From the NCBI GenBank assembly GCA_944319885.1, contig CALUFC010000011.1, positions 327 to 64,326 of the forward strand: 64,000 bases of DNA. Direction: 5' to 3'. Under the pieces are notes generated by a model, which had not been told where the DNA came from, did not search any database, and saw nothing but the letters and a program-made list of their open reading frames with translations. Positions 62,792 to 64,000 of the stretch are shown here, piece after piece. The translations under genes were made by a program, and so were the position numbers. Source of the DNA: an uncultured Coriobacteriaceae bacterium. GTDB lineage: Bacteria; Actinomycetota; Coriobacteriia; Coriobacteriales; Coriobacteriaceae. Position 1 is the first letter of the stretch; each line of letters opens with the position of its first letter.

Positions 62792-64000
62792 ATGCCGTTT
62801 CCCAGACGCGCGCTCCTCTACCTCGCGCGCAAGAGGGGCAAGACCCTCACGCTCCTCGCACTGCTCTTCGTCGTCGCAGCCCTCGCCCTCACGAGCTGGT
62901 CGATTCGCGGCGCCGCCCAGACGGCGCAGCTGAACGTCCGGCAGGCGCTCGGCGGCACGTTCACCGTAGAGCCCGACTCCTCCAACATGTCCAACTGGGG
63001 CAGCTCGAGCGTGGGCTCGGGCTCGCAGATAACGTTCCAGGGCGATCCGCTCACGGCTGACTTCGTGCGCGAGGTCGTTGAGGGGGTAGACGGCGTGCGC
63101 GGCGGCTCCGGCAGCGTGTCCAACGTCCTCATCCCCGAGACGACGGACGGGTCTGCGGCCCTCGAGCTCGTGGAGGGCGCCGACGGGGACTCGTCGCTCG
63201 CCGCGGCCTACGCGGGCGACGACTTCGGGCGCACGGTGCAGTTCTACGCCGTGAGCGACAGCGCCTTCGACTCCTACTTCGCCAACGGCTACCTGCGCCT
63301 CGTCGACGGCGAGCCCGTCACCGAGGACTCCGGCGACGGCGTGCTCGTGAGCCGGGAGTTCGCCGAGAAGAACGGGCTTGCCGTCGGCGACGAGTTCAGC
63401 GTGCGCCGCGCGACCGTCCACGCGCAGATGGCCGGCATCGACGTGGAGGACACCCGCACGCGGGTGCGCGTCGCCGGCGTCTTCGAGCCCACGGCCAAGT
63501 CGCAGGCCGATCTCGCCAGCTGGTCGATGGACAACGCCATCTTCGGCACCATCTCCACGCTCGACCACGCCCGCGAGGGCACCGCCGAGCAGGGCTACGA
63601 CCGCGTGACCTTCCAGGTGGACGACCCCGCCGAGCTCGGGCGCATCACCGGGGAGGTCGAGGGGCTCGACGCCCTCGCGGGCAAGGGCTACCTCGTCTCG
63701 GCCGACACCTCCGACGTGGACGCCGTGAGCGCCCCGCTCGAGAACATGGACCGCCTCGTGACCGCGCTCGCGGCGGCGTCGGTGGCCGTGGGAGCCGTGG
63801 TCCTCTACCTCGTGCTCTCCGGGCGCGTGCGCGACCGCCTGCACGAGAGCGGCGTGCTGCTCTCGCTCGGGCTCAGCCGCGCCTCGGTGGTGGGCCAGTA
63901 CCTCTGCGAGGTGCTGCTTGTCGCGGCGGTCGCCTTCGCCCTCGCCGTGCCGGCGAGCTCGCTCGCGGCGCGCACGATGGGGGACGCCCTCCTGGGCTCG
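62792..64000 (+). CDS. FtsX/MacB-type ABC transporter permease, 5' part (runs off the window)
   Basis: I translated this by hand. The frame is open from the ATG at 62792 (after ggaaaggtgg) to 64000. It has an N-terminal TM helix, a large extracytoplasmic domain, then an FtsX-type motif RxRLHESGVLLSLGLSR. It is absent from the ORF track because it has no stop in the window. Confidence 0.75.
   Translation, partial: MPFPRRALLYLARKRGKTLTLLALLFVVAALALTSWSIRGAAQTAQLNVRQALGGTFTVEPDSSNMSNWGSSSVGSGSQITFQGDPLTADFVREVVEGVDGVRGGSGSVSNVLIPETTDGSAALELVEGADGDSSLAAAYAGDDFGRTVQFYAVSDSAFDSYFANGYLRLVDGEPVTEDSGDGVLVSREFAEKNGLAVGDEFSVRRATVHAQMAGIDVEDTRTRVRVAGVFEPTAKSQADLASWSMDNAIFGTISTLDHAREGTAEQGYDRVTFQVDDPAELGRITGEVEGLDALAGKGYLVSADTSDVDAVSAPLENMDRLVTALAAASVAVGAVVLYLVLSGRVRDRLHESGVLLSLGLSRASVVGQYLCEVLLVAAVAFALAVPASSLAARTMGDALLGS

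Noticed and set aside
61265-63844. 859-aa minus-strand ORF opposite the histidine kinase and FtsX permease genes
   Set aside because: H-, N- and G-boxes and the FtsX features are on the plus strand. The antisense product is a Gly/Arg/Glu/Ala low-complexity sequence.

Overview
High-GC Actinomycetota-type DNA. My inference is a Coriobacteriia-like anaerobe, based on the superoxide reductase, flavodoxin, D-lactate dehydrogenase and ferrochelatase content, but I cannot verify this without a database. Roughly 1-26.5 kb looks like conserved core: the tpiA 3' end, gpmI, secG, a five-gene Opp/Dpp-type peptide ABC operon plus an orphan second binding protein, four tRNAs (Leu-GAG, Cys-GCA, Gly-GCC, Val-GAC), a PAS-GAF-PP2C / STAS-kinase partner-switching pair, D-2-hydroxyacid dehydrogenase, trmL and ferrochelatase. 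From about 26.5 kb to the end the window is accessory and mosaic. It holds an IS3-family transposase remnant with a hexanucleotide microsatellite, and several decayed genes: frameshift, in-frame stops, in-frame internal deletions and truncations. It also holds two tandem YhgE/Pip membrane proteins, five intact XRE-HTH genes (four membrane-anchored, one fused to a superoxide reductase) plus one XRE fragment, two paralogous YtrA-type GntR + ABC + ABC-2 cassettes sharing an identical 48-nt upstream block, YefM-YoeB and MntA-HepT toxin-antitoxin pairs flanking a GNAT-nucleotidyltransferase fusion, and an OmpR/HK/FtsX module running off the end. The most interesting candidate is a three-gene operon (DUF1848-like Cys-rich protein, macrodomain ADP-ribose hydrolase, class-M-like sirtuin) whose promoter carries a near-consensus GAAC-N4-GTTC LexA (Cheo) box. 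This suggests a DNA-damage-inducible reversible ADP-ribosylation module in a context different from the described GcvH-L/LplA2-linked SirTM operons. Many long ORFs in the six-frame track are antisense shadows typical of GC-rich DNA and were rejected. No CRISPR array or rRNA was seen.
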